DNA of 64,000 nt, counting the filler, from Globobulimina sp. (Eukaryota), in NCBI GenBank assembly GCA_003354225.1. It is 27 parts of 27 records of this genome, joined end to end, with 100 filler letters (N's around TTAATTAATTAA, not from the genome) between each part and the next. Parts side by side here need not be neighbours in the genome. Positions count along the whole stretch, not along the records: positions 1 to 2,276 come from PIVH01007720.1; positions 2,377 to 4,652 come from PIVH01007721.1; positions 4,753 to 7,028 come from PIVH01007722.1; positions 7,129 to 9,404 come from PIVH01007723.1; positions 9,505 to 11,779 come from PIVH01007724.1; positions 11,880 to 14,154 come from PIVH01007725.1; 21 more parts are not named here. One strand, given 5' to 3'. The position numbers and the translations under genes were made by a program. The notes under the pieces are model-generated. The model saw only the letters and a program-made list of their open reading frames with translations, did no database searches and had not been told where the DNA came from. Position 1 is the stretch's first letter. Each line of letters begins with the position of its first letter. Positions 1 to 11,882 of this stretch are shown here, piece by piece.

Positions 1-101
1 TCGAATTCATTCAAACAGAGTTACTGTACGTTTTTTATCTAGTCAAAATTAAACGATCATGTCTGTCTAAGTCATTCCTTTCAATTCACAGCTAGGGATA
101 T

Positions 102-932
102 ATGCAGTTGTCAAATTATCAAATATTTGTTGTCGCAATGATGTCATTGCTATTATTTGTGTTATTGACTGGCAATAATAGTGTAACTGCGTATATCTAC
201 GCACCAATATCAGCTGATGGTAACGTTACCATCGGGCAGGATATTGGCAACAATAATTATTACTTCATTTGGATAGTATTCATTGTGCCATTACTCTGGA
301 TATATCGCAATCACAAAAATAATAAGATACAGATTAATACAACTCGCACTGCACAGATTCATCGCAATAATATTTATCAAAATGATTATGGAAACAAAGA
401 ATTGTTCAATTTAGCATATGCAAAGTTTATCTATGATGCGAATCTTAAAACAGACAAAAATTGCTTAATTCCTCATCCAAATTCATTTGTTCATCACACA
501 TTCATCGTAACACAGCAACATATTCAAGACATGAACAAATTAATTATCAAAACTAATATATTTGCTTTGGTTTTCAGTGACTTATATCATCAGAAAGGGG
601 TCAGATTTAACTTTGTTCATCAAAAGGTAGACCGGGATAATTCTGCAGAGGTCGCGATGTTGATACATTCCACCACAGTGCCTGTTTCATGTTATTGGTT
701 TGGATTATACCCAGGTCAAACACCAGAAAAAAATATTGAGCATTGGCTGGTTGGTGGTAAAGGAGCTGTAGATCTTCCACACAAAAACCTGAAACTTAGA
801 GATGAAGCATTGAATCACTCTAACTATAATGGAATATTTCTTTATGGACGTTGTGAAAGACATCAACGTTCGATATTGACAACAATTTATAAACCGTGTA
901 CAATACATCTCTTTGTATCCATTCAATCTTAA
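102..932 (+). CDS. Hypothetical protein with N-terminal hydrophobic segments (3' end possibly spliced)
   Basis: 276-aa ORF; no recognisable family motif. Confidence 0.35.
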   Translation: MQLSNYQIFVVAMMSLLLFVLLTGNNSVTAYIYAPISADGNVTIGQDIGNNNYYFIWIVFIVPLLWIYRNHKNNKIQINTTRTAQIHRNNIYQNDYGNKELFNLAYAKFIYDANLKTDKNCLIPHPNSFVHHTFIVTQQHIQDMNKLIIKTNIFALVFSDLYHQKGVRFNFVHQKVDRDNSAEVAMLIHSTTVPVSCYWFGLYPGQTPEKNIEHWLVGGKGAVDLPHKNLKLRDEALNHSNYNGIFLYGRCERHQRSILTTIYKPCTIHLFVSIQS

Positions 933-1592
933 ACTTAGACTTGGCTTCACCTTTGAGAGAAAAACGGTATAATAAACTACTACAAACTGAATGGCGACCC
1001 ATAAAACATTTCAACTCGCCATCATTGTCTACTCGATATGGAATATAGCTCGCTACCTCACCATCGGCGCTCTTGTGTTCAAAGCAAACCAACGCAATAT
1101 CTCAGACGTTAACCATTATAAACCATCATGTTGCGATTGTTATTATATTTCAAAGCATCCCACTAAATATAATTTACAAAGCAATGCTAGATTTGATTTA
1201 TCATACTGTGTACCGCACTGCACAGATTGCGCATTTTGTGAAACGCGTTTCAATAACTCCGGTATGTCATACTCAACCTTCTCACATTCAATGCTAACAT
1301 AAATCAACAATATCCCGCATATCCCACAGCAAATGCATCATTCCAATACAGTGCCAATGCAAATAATGCCGTCTGTCCAATCGATGGTTACAAAGATGAA
1401 TATAAATCGGGTTGGAGTTGGAATTTGAACAAAGACACGGGATGCATTGACAGCATTGTTTCTGTTTCTTCCTTGCATTTCTTTGTAAAATCATACACAG
1501 CCTATGGTTTGTTTTGTGTTTTTAGAAAACAACAACTTTGATGTTTTTCCTTTGCAGGTTATTGGGCCATAACAGTCACATCGCTGTACACA

Positions 1593-2204
1593 TTGTTATT
1601 GATTATGTTGGCGTTCAGTGCTTATAAAATGCCAGAGATCAGCAATAATTTATTGATTTATATATTTATTTATAACTTTCTCATATCGGAAATATGTTTG
1701 TATTTAATTTATAAGCCGTTCAAATACGTTCATAAAATAATTAATATAAATAGCGAATATAGTGCGCATTGCGAGGTCGACACGCTCGACAACTCCGTGA
1801 TTAAGGATATGTTGACCATTCTTGTTTGGATATCATTGTTGTTGGCAGCCTGCCATATTTGTTATATATTATATAAGCTCTGTTTGTGTTGTACAATATG
1901 TGTAAAATCCAAAGGGAATCAAAATCGTGGCCGGCAACAATCAATTAATATTGCACAAAATGCGAAAATCGTGAAAGGTTTTGATAGTAAGTATTATAAA
2001 TTGACATCAGTTGAAGCAAAATCGTATGCAGTAAAATGGTGTATTATTGGTGCCGCGGTGTTGTGCACAATGTTATTTTTCTTAGCTTTGTCTGTCTATG
2101 CAACAGTGGTTATGATCCAGGCAGGAATAGCAAATAAAGGAGAATATGACAAATGGAAAATAAGTGTAATCAGTGTTGTTATGATATCTCCGATTGTCTC
2201 CTAA
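1593..2204 (+). CDS. Hypothetical multi-pass membrane protein (exon structure uncertain)
   Basis: 203-aa ORF with several hydrophobic helices; AT-rich intron-like stretch near 1650-1750. Confidence 0.35.
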   Translation: MLLIMLAFSAYKMPEISNNLLIYIFIYNFLISEICLYLIYKPFKYVHKIININSEYSAHCEVDTLDNSVIKDMLTILVWISLLLAACHICYILYKLCLCCTICVKSKGNQNRGRQQSINIAQNAKIVKGFDSKYYKLTSVEAKSYAVKWCIIGAAVLCTMLFFLALSVYATVVMIQAGIANKGEYDKWKISVISVVMISPIVS

Positions 2205-2276
2205 ATGACAAAATATCCGACAAAAATCTCAGTGATATTTTCAAGATTTGGGTGCCGAAATCTGACAATCTCAATA

Positions 2277-2376
2277 NNNNNNNNNNNNNNNNNNNNNNNN
2301 NNNNNNNNNNNNNNNNNNNNTTAATTAATTAANNNNNNNNNNNNNNNNNNNNNNNNNNNNNNNNNNNNNNNNNNNN
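2277..2376. other. Artificial contig-joining spacer N44-TTAATTAATTAA-N44 (first of 26)
   Basis: Identical 100-bp spacers with stops in all six frames start at 2277, 4653, 7029, 9405, 11780, 14155, 16530, 18905, 21280, 23655, 26029, 28403, 30777, 33151, 35525, 37899, 40273, 42647, 45020, 47393, 49766, 52139, 54512, 56885, 59257 and 61629. Intervening contigs shrink from 2276 to 2272 bp. Confidence 0.99.
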
Positions 2377-2973
2377 TACATTCTTATTATATAATTATTT
2401 TGATGTATATTTTTGATGCAAATAAATAAAAAATATTAATTATTATTTTGTAATCAATGATTTTTTTTTGGTGTTTTCTATTTTTGTACATTTTATTAGT
2501 ATATTATATAATAATTAACATTAAATCGCTTTTTTCGGTGATAATGAACAAAATGGTTTATTTAAGCTGGTTTTAATGAAAGGAATGCATTTAAGTCAGA
2601 TGTTGAGAAGATGAGAGAATCAGACGTTTATGCGTTTAGAGGTTGGGATGTTCAGAAGTTGGTGGATAAAAGTATCGTAGAATTGGATTCTTGTTTCATT
2701 AATAATTCAACTTCTGAACCTCTCAACTTCAAATGCATAAACTTCCGAACCTCTCAACCTCTCAAACCTCTGACTTTAATGCATTTCTTTCAATGATTTT
2801 TGAATTAAACTAGTTTATTGTTCTGGCTCTCCATTGATAGCGATGATATTTAATTGTCGATTGTATTGATGAATGAAATTGATATATTAAAATTGTTGCA
2901 TTGGTTTCAGTTATTGTGCGTTTTTATTTTGTTTCTCGTGTTGTTCGCTTCAGTTTCAAAAATCAGTTAAATC

Positions 2974-4112
2974 ATGTCAACTACACACGTACTTCACTCA
3001 AGATACAACCCAACAAATGGAAAAAACCTAATCCCCAAAACAATATTACCATCATTCCATAAATGTCGTGTCAATAAATTGCCAACGAAAGCAGATTTTG
3101 ATGAAATTTGCAGAGTGAATGCAATAATACATACAAATGGTAATGCAACAACAGTATTATTACAAAACTTATCCACATCTGGTTACTCAGTCGGAAAGAT
3201 CTATAATTGTTCGAGTGCTGAGCCCAAATCAACAAAAAATAAATTAAATAAATGTTGGAGAGAATATCAAATCATTAAACATTGCGGATTGAACGAATAT
3301 TTTGGTCTTTATTACGATGCGACAAACGTTTCCTTAATAATTCATCAGCAGGCATACGAATACACGCTACGTCAATATATCCCACAAAATGCACATTTAT
3401 ATCAACAAGAATCAAAATGTAAATCTATGGCAAAGGATATATTATTAAGTTTATGGCGATTGCATAACGCACATTATATTCATGCAGGTATAAGGTACAA
3501 ATATATATAGCCATAATTCTGCTGACTGCGTTTTTTTAATTTGTGAATGTTGCAATTGGCAAAACAATAGATGTCAAACCAGATAATATTATGCATCGTA
3601 GGTTGGATTATTTATACACGATTCCCTCCATTAAAGATGGATGGCTCTTAATTGATTTTAATGAAATAAAAAAAAATAAATGCAAAGGCCGCTATGTTGG
3701 TACAATTGGTTGGAGTGCGCCTGAAATTGAATATAATTCCACCAAAAATATCTATACATATTCATCCGATATATTCGCGTTTGGTTTAGTTATTTTATAT
3801 ATTTTGTTTGGCGAACAACCGCTACAAATACCTGCTAATGAAAGAGCTAAATATAAGGCAAATGCCGGTGATAATAATACTGAGATATTGAACAAACGAG
3901 TATTACGGAAACAGATATTAACGAATTGGTATTATGGACATGTTCAAAAATCTGAAGCCAGAATGAAAACGTTTTTATGGACGTTGTATACTGAAAATAA
4001 AATGTCATTGCATTTGTATAATTTATTAGCTGATGGTATATTATGTTATGATCCTAAAAAAAGGTTTGATTGTAAACAAATATATAATTCTGAATGGTTG
4101 AAAAATGCATAA
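2974..4112 (+). CDS. Divergent Ser/Thr protein kinase (intron 3488-3570)
   Basis: Removing the GT..AG intron joins two ORFs into the catalytic loop YIHADVKPDNI, followed by DFN (for DFG), GTIGWSAPE, SDIFAFG and DPKKR. Confidence 0.85.
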
Positions 4113-4901
4113 ATGTGTTCTTTTTTTTCCTCTTTATAGTCTTTATAAAAAATGTTCTTTTTTCCCTTTTTTCTCCTTTTTTTTTAAGCAGCAATTATTA
4201 GCTCATATATTTTAGAAATAGTTAAATTATTTTTTGTATCAATAATTAATTTTATATCGATCCTGTTAAAATAAAACGAACAATGTTTGATCAGGGAACA
4301 AAGCTTATTCCCCCTCTCATTATATATTGTATTACGATTACGAACAGTTTTAAGTTGTTTTTTTATTACATTTATGTTTATCTTTGGTGCTGGTTTTGTG
4401 TGTTATGTTATTTTTTTGTTGTTATTATAACCACAAATCATAAGTCACAGTCATAAATTGTTAAATATTTTATATATCTCAATCAATTCAATTAATTATC
4501 CATTGGCACAACTATTTCATTGCGCTGATAGACTATTATGCTTATTGCATTAATGTGCAAAACAAATGATACTTGGTGATATAAGATAACTTTTAGCCAC
4601 CATTCACGTGGTAAACTTTATTTTTGCTCATTCCTTCAGGATGTTGAGATACNNNNNNNNNNNNNNNNNNNNNNNNNNNNNNNNNNNNNNNNNNNNTTAA
4701 TTAATTAANNNNNNNNNNNNNNNNNNNNNNNNNNNNNNNNNNNNNNNNNNNNTCCTTTGATACCATTAATTCCCTCGCCGGGATGTTTAAGCAATCGGTG
4801 AGTATGGAGCCGGACTTACTTCCCGGCTGAATGTGCCCCCACTACTACAATACAAGTACAATTAGTGTGCTTGCACAATACAATAAAACTGCATGTATAC
4901 A

Positions 4902-5633
4902 TTAAAAAAGAAATGCAGTGCATTGAAAAGTGCACAAAAATAGAGGGGTGAACAAAGTCAGAGCGCATGTTATCATCATAATAATGCACCATGCAAATAA
5001 CATTTTTCCTGTATAACTATCGCTGCATTGTAAAGACATATCGTTGTGATACATCCAAATGCCAATAACACTCCAAATAAAATAAAATAACCACCAAAAC
5101 ACATGATATGTGCTACAAAATATGGCATAACAATTTGAGCAGATACATTTTTCGCACTTGCCTTTCATATATAAATGCATTGGAACCCAATAACGCACCG
5201 CAATGGCTTGCATCGATGTAATTATCCAATTTGAGATATTATTGCATAATAAAGAGAGTCCCCCAACATATAAGAAATTTGCCGGATTTATAATTTTGTA
5301 ATTTGTTTCTGTTTTTGCGCATAATGTTGGATCGCTGCTTGCGATAACAAGTGAAGCAATGGACGGTGCTAAAAAAACGAATGAACAAACACAACTTCCG
5401 ACGATCGAGCCAGAATTAGCTGGTGTTGTCGCTCTTAACTGTTGCAATTTGTTTTCTTCTCTGATGAGTTGTTTTAATGTTTGCGGCGAATGAGATTTAC
5501 AATAAAAAGTGCTGATTATTTGTAAAATAGTATTTGGCAAATAAATATTGTGAAACTCAAATAATCGACTTGCATATCCGGTGATTAATAGGGAGTTATC
5601 ACGATCAGCTATCCATTGTTTCAGCATATACAT
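4902..5633 (-). CDS. Hypothetical four-TM membrane protein
   Basis: Four hydrophobic helices; N-terminal LLITGYASR...LPNTILQIISTFY motif. Confidence 0.55.
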   Translation of the reverse strand: MYMLKQWIADRDNSLLITGYASRLFEFHNIYLPNTILQIISTFYCKSHSPQTLKQLIREENKLQQLRATTPANSGSIVGSCVCSFVFLAPSIASLVIASSDPTLCAKTETNYKIINPANFLYVGGLSLLCNNISNWIITSMQAIAVRYWVPMHLYMKGKCEKCICSNCYAIFCSTYHVFWWLFYFIWSVIGIWMYHNDMSLQCSDSYTGKMLFAWCIIMMITCALTLFTPLFLCTFQCTAFLF

Positions 5634-5965
5634 TAATTCGCATTCTTTTGGTAATCTGTGGTAATAAAAATTATATCGTCTTTCAAGCCGTCGTTTCGAA
5701 TATCTCTCTTCTTTGTATCCTATCTCAATAAAATGGTCACCAGCACAATACGCTTCTGGAGTAACTCATTGTTTTTGATTTTGTTTTGGACCAAGAAAGT
5801 TTTGGCATCTGAGCGACAGTTGCGATAATTTGACCGCATCTTGAGCGATAGTTTCGATGCTATTCAATATAATAACAAGTTGCTAATAATAAAAATATAT
5901 CTCTTATATCAAATGAAAAACTTTAAGTAGAGAGTAGTCTGATCATACGAACTTCTTTTTGCATC

Positions 5966-7028
5966 ATGAGCGACGATAACAAGAACGAATCCAAAGAGCA
6001 GACAGACTCTACACAATCCGACAAACTCCAAAAAGAAAAAGACAAGAAAAAAAAAGAAAAGGAGAAAGAGAAAGAAAAAGAATTGGACAATCAAAAAGCG
6101 TTAAATGAGGAGGAAATCCGTTTGATGAAAGCCTATTCCTTTGGTCCCTACGACGACGACATCAAAGCCTTAGAACTCGGCAGCAAACAACGAATGGCCG
6201 ACATCGAGAAGGCGATGGGAATCAAAGAGTCGGATCGTGGCTTAGCCCCACCCTCTCAGTGGGACTTAAACAGTGACAAAGTGGCCTTGCAACAGGACCA
6301 ACCTTTGTTAGTCGCCCGTTGTACTAAAATCATCCAACGCGGCGCCGCCGAGGACGAGCGCGAATATATGATCGTCATCCGGCAAATCGCCAAATACGTT
6401 GTTGACTTAGGCGAGAATGTGGCGCCCACCGATATCGAGGAAGCGATGCGTGTCGGCGTAGATCGCAGTAAATACCGGATACAAATCCCATTGCCGCCGA
6501 AAATCGACGCTTCAGTGACTATGATGACCGTGGAGGAGAAACCGGACGTGACCTATGACGATGTGGGAGGCTGCAAGGAGCAGATTGAGAAATTGCGCGA
6601 AGTGGTGGAATTGCCCTTGTTGCAACCTGGCAAGTTTGTAGCTTTAGGCATTGACCCACCGAAAGGAGTGCTGTTATACGGGCCTCCCGGCACCGGCAAG
6701 ACGCTCTGTGCGCGAGCCGTGGCCAACAGAACCGACGCTACCTTCATCCGCGTCATTGGCAGTGAGTTAGTACAGCGATATGTGGGCGAAGGTGCAAGGA
6801 TGGGTATGTTCATTCATTTATATTTTTATTTTGCAAAAAAAAACAACAAAAAAACTTCTTGCTTACTTGCTTGAAACTTTTTTTTTATATTTTTATGTTT
6901 TATACTTTCCCGGAATGAGTCAAAAATCGCAATTTGCTATCCTTGCACTTGTAGTTCGTGAGTTATTTCAAATGGCGCGTAGTCGTAAGGCGTGTATAAT
7001 ATTTTTCGATGAAATTGATGCGATTGGC
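5966..7028 (+). CDS. PSMC2: 26S proteasome AAA-ATPase subunit Rpt1/PSMC2, 3'-partial (intron 6804-6954)
   Basis: [40 protein letters not shown], Walker A GPPGTGKT; splicing restores [30 protein letters not shown] (Walker B). Confidence 0.97.
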
Positions 7029-7128
7029 NNNNNNNNNNNNNNNNNNNNNNNNNNNNNNNNNNNNNNNNNNNNTTAATTAATTAANNNNNNNNNNNNNNNN
7101 NNNNNNNNNNNNNNNNNNNNNNNNNNNN

Positions 7129-7696
7129 CAGAGTTGTCAGGAGATTTATGCTGGTCATAAAATTCAACGCCTTTGCTAGATATTTTACCGTTTTTGTATA
7201 ATAATTCATTGCAACATAGCCGCGTATCTTGGCCAATGATACGCAAACAAGAAAGATTTTTAATTGCTAAATAGACCGAATATTGAAAGTTCCGATCAGT
7301 TGACGCAATTATTACACGCTCGTGGAATACAAATGTATCTGGAAACGGTTTGAATATTCGTTCGAATCCAACTTGTGCCAGTTTTGTTTTTTCCACTTTA
7401 AATCCTAAACACATCTCAGTGTAAACTGATTTGTTAATGCAATGTTGATGTAATTTTTGTAGAAATGACAACTGTCCGGGTTCATTTAATTTGGCGGCGT
7501 CTTTTTGTAATGACTCCAAATATGTACCTTCATCATCATTCATATTTTGATTTTTTGCATGCGCAGCTTGATCGGATGCTTGTTTTTGTTTCTTTGAGAT
7601 ACAAGTTTTACATTTTCTATTCTTTTTTGATTTACGCAATTGGTTGTTACTGAATGAATTTCTCTGTTTGTTTTTGCGGCATATGGAACAACGCGA
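7129..7696 (-). CDS. Protein with N-terminal Stc1-like zinc-binding motif, 3'-partial
   Basis: CSICRKNKQRNSFSNNQLRK...RKCKTC fits the CxxC..FSxxQ..CxxC pattern. Confidence 0.55.
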
Positions 7697-7773
7697 CATT
7701 ATCAAGAAGCTCACAAAGTTTTTGATTTTTTAATTGGTTGCGCGACGGCGATGCTAGTATTTAGTGAAATAAA

Positions 7774-9404
7774 TCAAAGTTTAATATATTCAACAACATA
7801 ATCTTTATACAAATTTGGGTCATTTGGATTTTGTTCTATTTTCGAGTTGTATTGAAATGCTCCTCCACCAATTCCATGTGCCATTTTTGATGAATGTTTA
7901 TTTTTTGGATTATTTGAATTTTTATTATCATGCTCGATTTTCATCTCATTCAAAATATAATGAATGTTTGCTTGAATATCCATCATTGTTTTAATTTGTG
8001 TATCATAATTATTCAAATATTGTTTGATTTTCAATATATAATTCTTATATAAATCTATATCATTTGAAAACGCCAACGTTGCCAAATGCGCATCCAACAA
8101 AATATTAAACCATAATACAACCACCGCACCGTCCAATACATTAATATTATCACAGATATATTTCATTAATCTCTCAACTTGGCATTGCGGTAAGATTCGA
8201 ATACATCGTTTCATGAAAATATCATTAATTTGTGACGACAACACTGTATTTAAACAGTCCAACAAGGCGCCATTTTTATTATCAGATTCTAAATTATTAA
8301 TAAGTAATGATAGGAAATACAATAAATTTGTTTCATTGTAATCCTTAACCAAAACAAAATAATTTTTCATCAAATGCCATTTTTTATTTTCAATCAACGC
8401 ATCGAGCATTAAATTAAATGACGAGCCTTCAATTTTGGTCTTAGACTCTCTTAATTCCTTTAAAAACACTCGACAGTCCTTCCAATCTTTTTTATTTACA
8501 AATCTTTTAACTCTGCATACATTATTCAATGCCAATGCAATCCCATCCGTACCATGCGATTCCTCATCAACCTCCATTTTATTTTCGTTTTTCATGCAAT
8601 TTTCAATGAAATCTAATAACGATTGGCCCGAACATGGCACCCTGACAAATAAAACCTGCTTTGATGTAACCACATAAATATCGATTAATTGCACGTTTTT
8701 AACACAAATCATTGGCGCAACCATTAATAAATTTGAATTTGCATTTTGTGGCATTAATGTAAGAGTATCGCGTAAATTGCCATGTTCAGTGTGGAACATC
8801 CACAATTTCAATGTATTATGATCTTCAATGCATGGTCCAACCATTATAAATTGTGATGCTTCGATGAATTTGAGCCTTATAAATGATAATAACATACTAT
8901 CACTCTTTGAAAATAATAAATTATTCTTCTTTAAGTGACGTTTATTCCACCCATTCATTACTGAGACATCTAAATGTTTTGTGATATCAATTTTATATTT
9001 CACGCTGTATTTCTTCACAGTGGAATTTTTACGTTGTTTACCGCCATAATCTAAGCATTCAATCATGCCATTACTCGTCAATAATAATAAATGATTTGTG
9101 TCTAAACACCAGTCATAATCAATAATATCCTCACTTTGTTTGGAATCATCATCAAATTGGAGGCGTTTTTGTAATGATAAAGTACGGCTCTCTTCCACTC
9201 TTAACTCATTTGACTCGGTGTTGAATGAAATTGGCGTAATAACAATGTGAGAGTTGTACATAAATGAAATATGCGTTGTTGTGCTGGTGCCGGCCGCGTT
9301 GATGGCATCGTGCAGTTTTGCATTATTTAATTTATTATTATTTGCAATTGATTCATTATTATTTGATTTGTAATCAAATGTTTTTGTGTTTGGATTAAAT
9401 ATGA
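7774..9404 (-). CDS. Probable nucleolar protein 11 (NOL11)-like SSU processome factor, 5'-partial
   Basis: Beta-rich N-terminal part, helical C-terminal part with WFNILLDAHL and terminal YVVEYIKL, resembling the NOL11 C-terminus. Confidence 0.55.
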
Positions 9405-9504
9405 NNNNNNNNNNNNNNNNNNNNNNNNNNNNNNNNNNNNNNNNNNNNTTAATTAATTAANNNNNNNNNNNNNNNNNNNNNNNNNNNNNNNNNNNNNNNN
9501 NNNN

Positions 9505-11581
9505 CTCGCTGGCGTTTATTGAAGATCAAGTTAAGATATGGAATATTAAGCATTTGCCACAGGAATTAATCAATGCGCTGCAAAGTTGTGATGCGAGTTA
9601 CAAAGACTGTGTGCTGTATTTACCTAAAATGGTTTATGTGGCGAGGAGAGAGATCGAAGCTGCATTGAATGTGGAGGATAATAAGCGGATTATACACAGA
9701 ACGCAGTATAAAAAAGGTAAATATAAGGAATTGAAACAAACGAATGTGTGCGTTAATGATGTTATTAATTATATTATAAACAAAGCGGTGTTGGTTGCAA
9801 GTACTAATAAATCCGAAATGAAAACGAATAATACATGCGAACCACTTGCAATTTTGTCTGAAAATAATGATAGCAAAGTGGTGGATGTGTCGCATATTTG
9901 GCGGAGTTTTATGGAGCCGGGGAATGAGAATGAAAATGGTTTATTTATCGGAGTGGGTCGCATTTATTGTGGTACCCTTTCAGAAAAGAGTGATATCCAT
10001 GTCTTTGGTGCACGGCATTATGATGGCGATTTGGATCATTATGTGATAAGTGGATATAAGTTATTTCAGTTCATGGGTAAGGATATTGCGCCTATCTCAT
10101 CACTGCCATGTGGCAACATCTGTGGTGTTGGCGGTATTGATAATTATTTGCAAAAAAGTGGGTTTTTAACCACAAATGTAACACATGCACCGATGGTACG
10201 GCGCATAGCTGGATCGTGCATGTCGTACCCGGTGGTTCGTGTAGCCGTTGAAGCAGCTAAGTATAAGGAATTAGGCGATTTGGCATTGGGACTCAAGTTA
10301 TTAAATAAATGTGACACCGGTTTAGAAATATTAGTGCAGTCAAATGGAGAGTATGTGATTTGTGCGTCGGGCGAGTTGCATTTGGAACGATGTATACGAG
10401 ATTTAAATGAGACCTTTGCTAGAAATGTTAAATTAAATGTATCCGAACCAATTGTGTCGTTTAAAGAAACTGTTGTCAATAAAAAAAGAAGAAGTGGTGG
10501 TAATAAAAATAAAAATACATCGTATGCTGAGACTATGTTTGGTAAAAGATATAATGACAGAAAAATTAGTAAAGAAGTGGTGTTGAAGAATAATATAAAA
10601 TTGACATTCCAGATTGAAGCCGTTTCGTTAAAAAAGAAGTTGATTGAATTTATTGAAAATAATAAAGATTTAATCTGTGATTTAATACATTTTCGGAATA
10701 ATAATTTGAAATATGAGAATAATGACGATGTGATTTTCAAATTTAAACAATTCAAAACTGACTTAAATGACAAGTTATCGTCAAAAATGGATATAAATGA
10801 TGTCGTTTCATTCGGTCCACGATTAATGGGAGCAAATATTTTATTTATTAAATCAAAAATAATTACAAATAAACATTGCGGTTTGTTTTATAGATTAGAT
10901 GCGGATGAGAATGAATGTAAAGATAATAGTAACAATTTATTATTTAATTTAATATCACAAGCAATGCAAAATGCGTTTCAATCGGTGACATTAAAGGGTC
11001 CGTTATGTGGGGAACCAATGTATGGCGTTGCTTTTCTGATTGATAATATACAGATTGATAATATGGATGACATGGATAATATGACTGATACTCGTTTAGT
11101 AACAACCACTATAATGAGATCAGTAGGCGATGGGTGCATAGATTCATTTGTATCATCATCACCGCGTTTAGTGGAGCCAATGTATCGTGTATTTATTCAA
11201 GGAACGAGCGATGTGTTAGGCTCAATATATGATGTTATACAAAAAAGGAAAGGCAAAATCACTGGTGATTCTATTGTGGAAGGAACGAATTTATTTGATA
11301 TTTATTCATTATTGCCAGTGGTGCAATCATTTGGATTTTGCGATGAACTGCGGACGCAAACGGCTGGCAATGTTGTGCCACAGTTAACATTCTCACATTG
11401 GTCGATTATAGATCAAGATCCGTTGTATGTTGACGATATTAGTAATGATGATAATATGAATAAGAAAAATGAATATGTTAAAAAATTAATTTTAAATGTC
11501 CGAAAACGTAAAGGATTGGAAACAAATGAAAAAACTGTTGAATCTGCTGAGAAACAATCTAATCTTTCAAGAAAAAAATAA
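9505..11581 (+). CDS. EFL1: Elongation factor-like GTPase 1 (EFL1/Ria1), C-terminal part
   Basis: GELHLERCIRDL, VSEPIVSFKET, GPLCGEPMYGV, PRLVEPMY, SFGFCDELRTQTAG and the EFL1-type terminus VRKRKGL...VESAEKQSNLSRKK. Confidence 0.92.
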
Positions 11582-11882
11582 ACTTTTTAAATTCAACAAG
11601 CTTTTTTTTTCTGTGAAAACTAAGTGTCGGAAATCATGCAAATTGTAATATGCAATCTGAATTAAGTTAATCCTAAAATGCATACTGGCAGCAATTGTGG
11701 TTTATCATTGAATTTTGTGTTAATAAACAGCAAAACATCACTTTTTATGGATGCATTTGTTGTATTATTTTGCCGTAAANNNNNNNNNNNNNNNNNNNNN
11801 NNNNNNNNNNNNNNNNNNNNNNNTTAATTAATTAANNNNNNNNNNNNNNNNNNNNNNNNNNNNNNNNNNNNNNNNNNNNAAT

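Noticed and set aside
345-1228. 15-bp direct repeat CGCACTGCACAGATT at about 345 and 1214
   Set aside because: Isolated pair with no extended similarity or element structure.
2171-2276. CAGTGTTG as a hAT transposon terminus truncating ORF 1593
   Set aside because: Motif too short; no second end or TSD visible.
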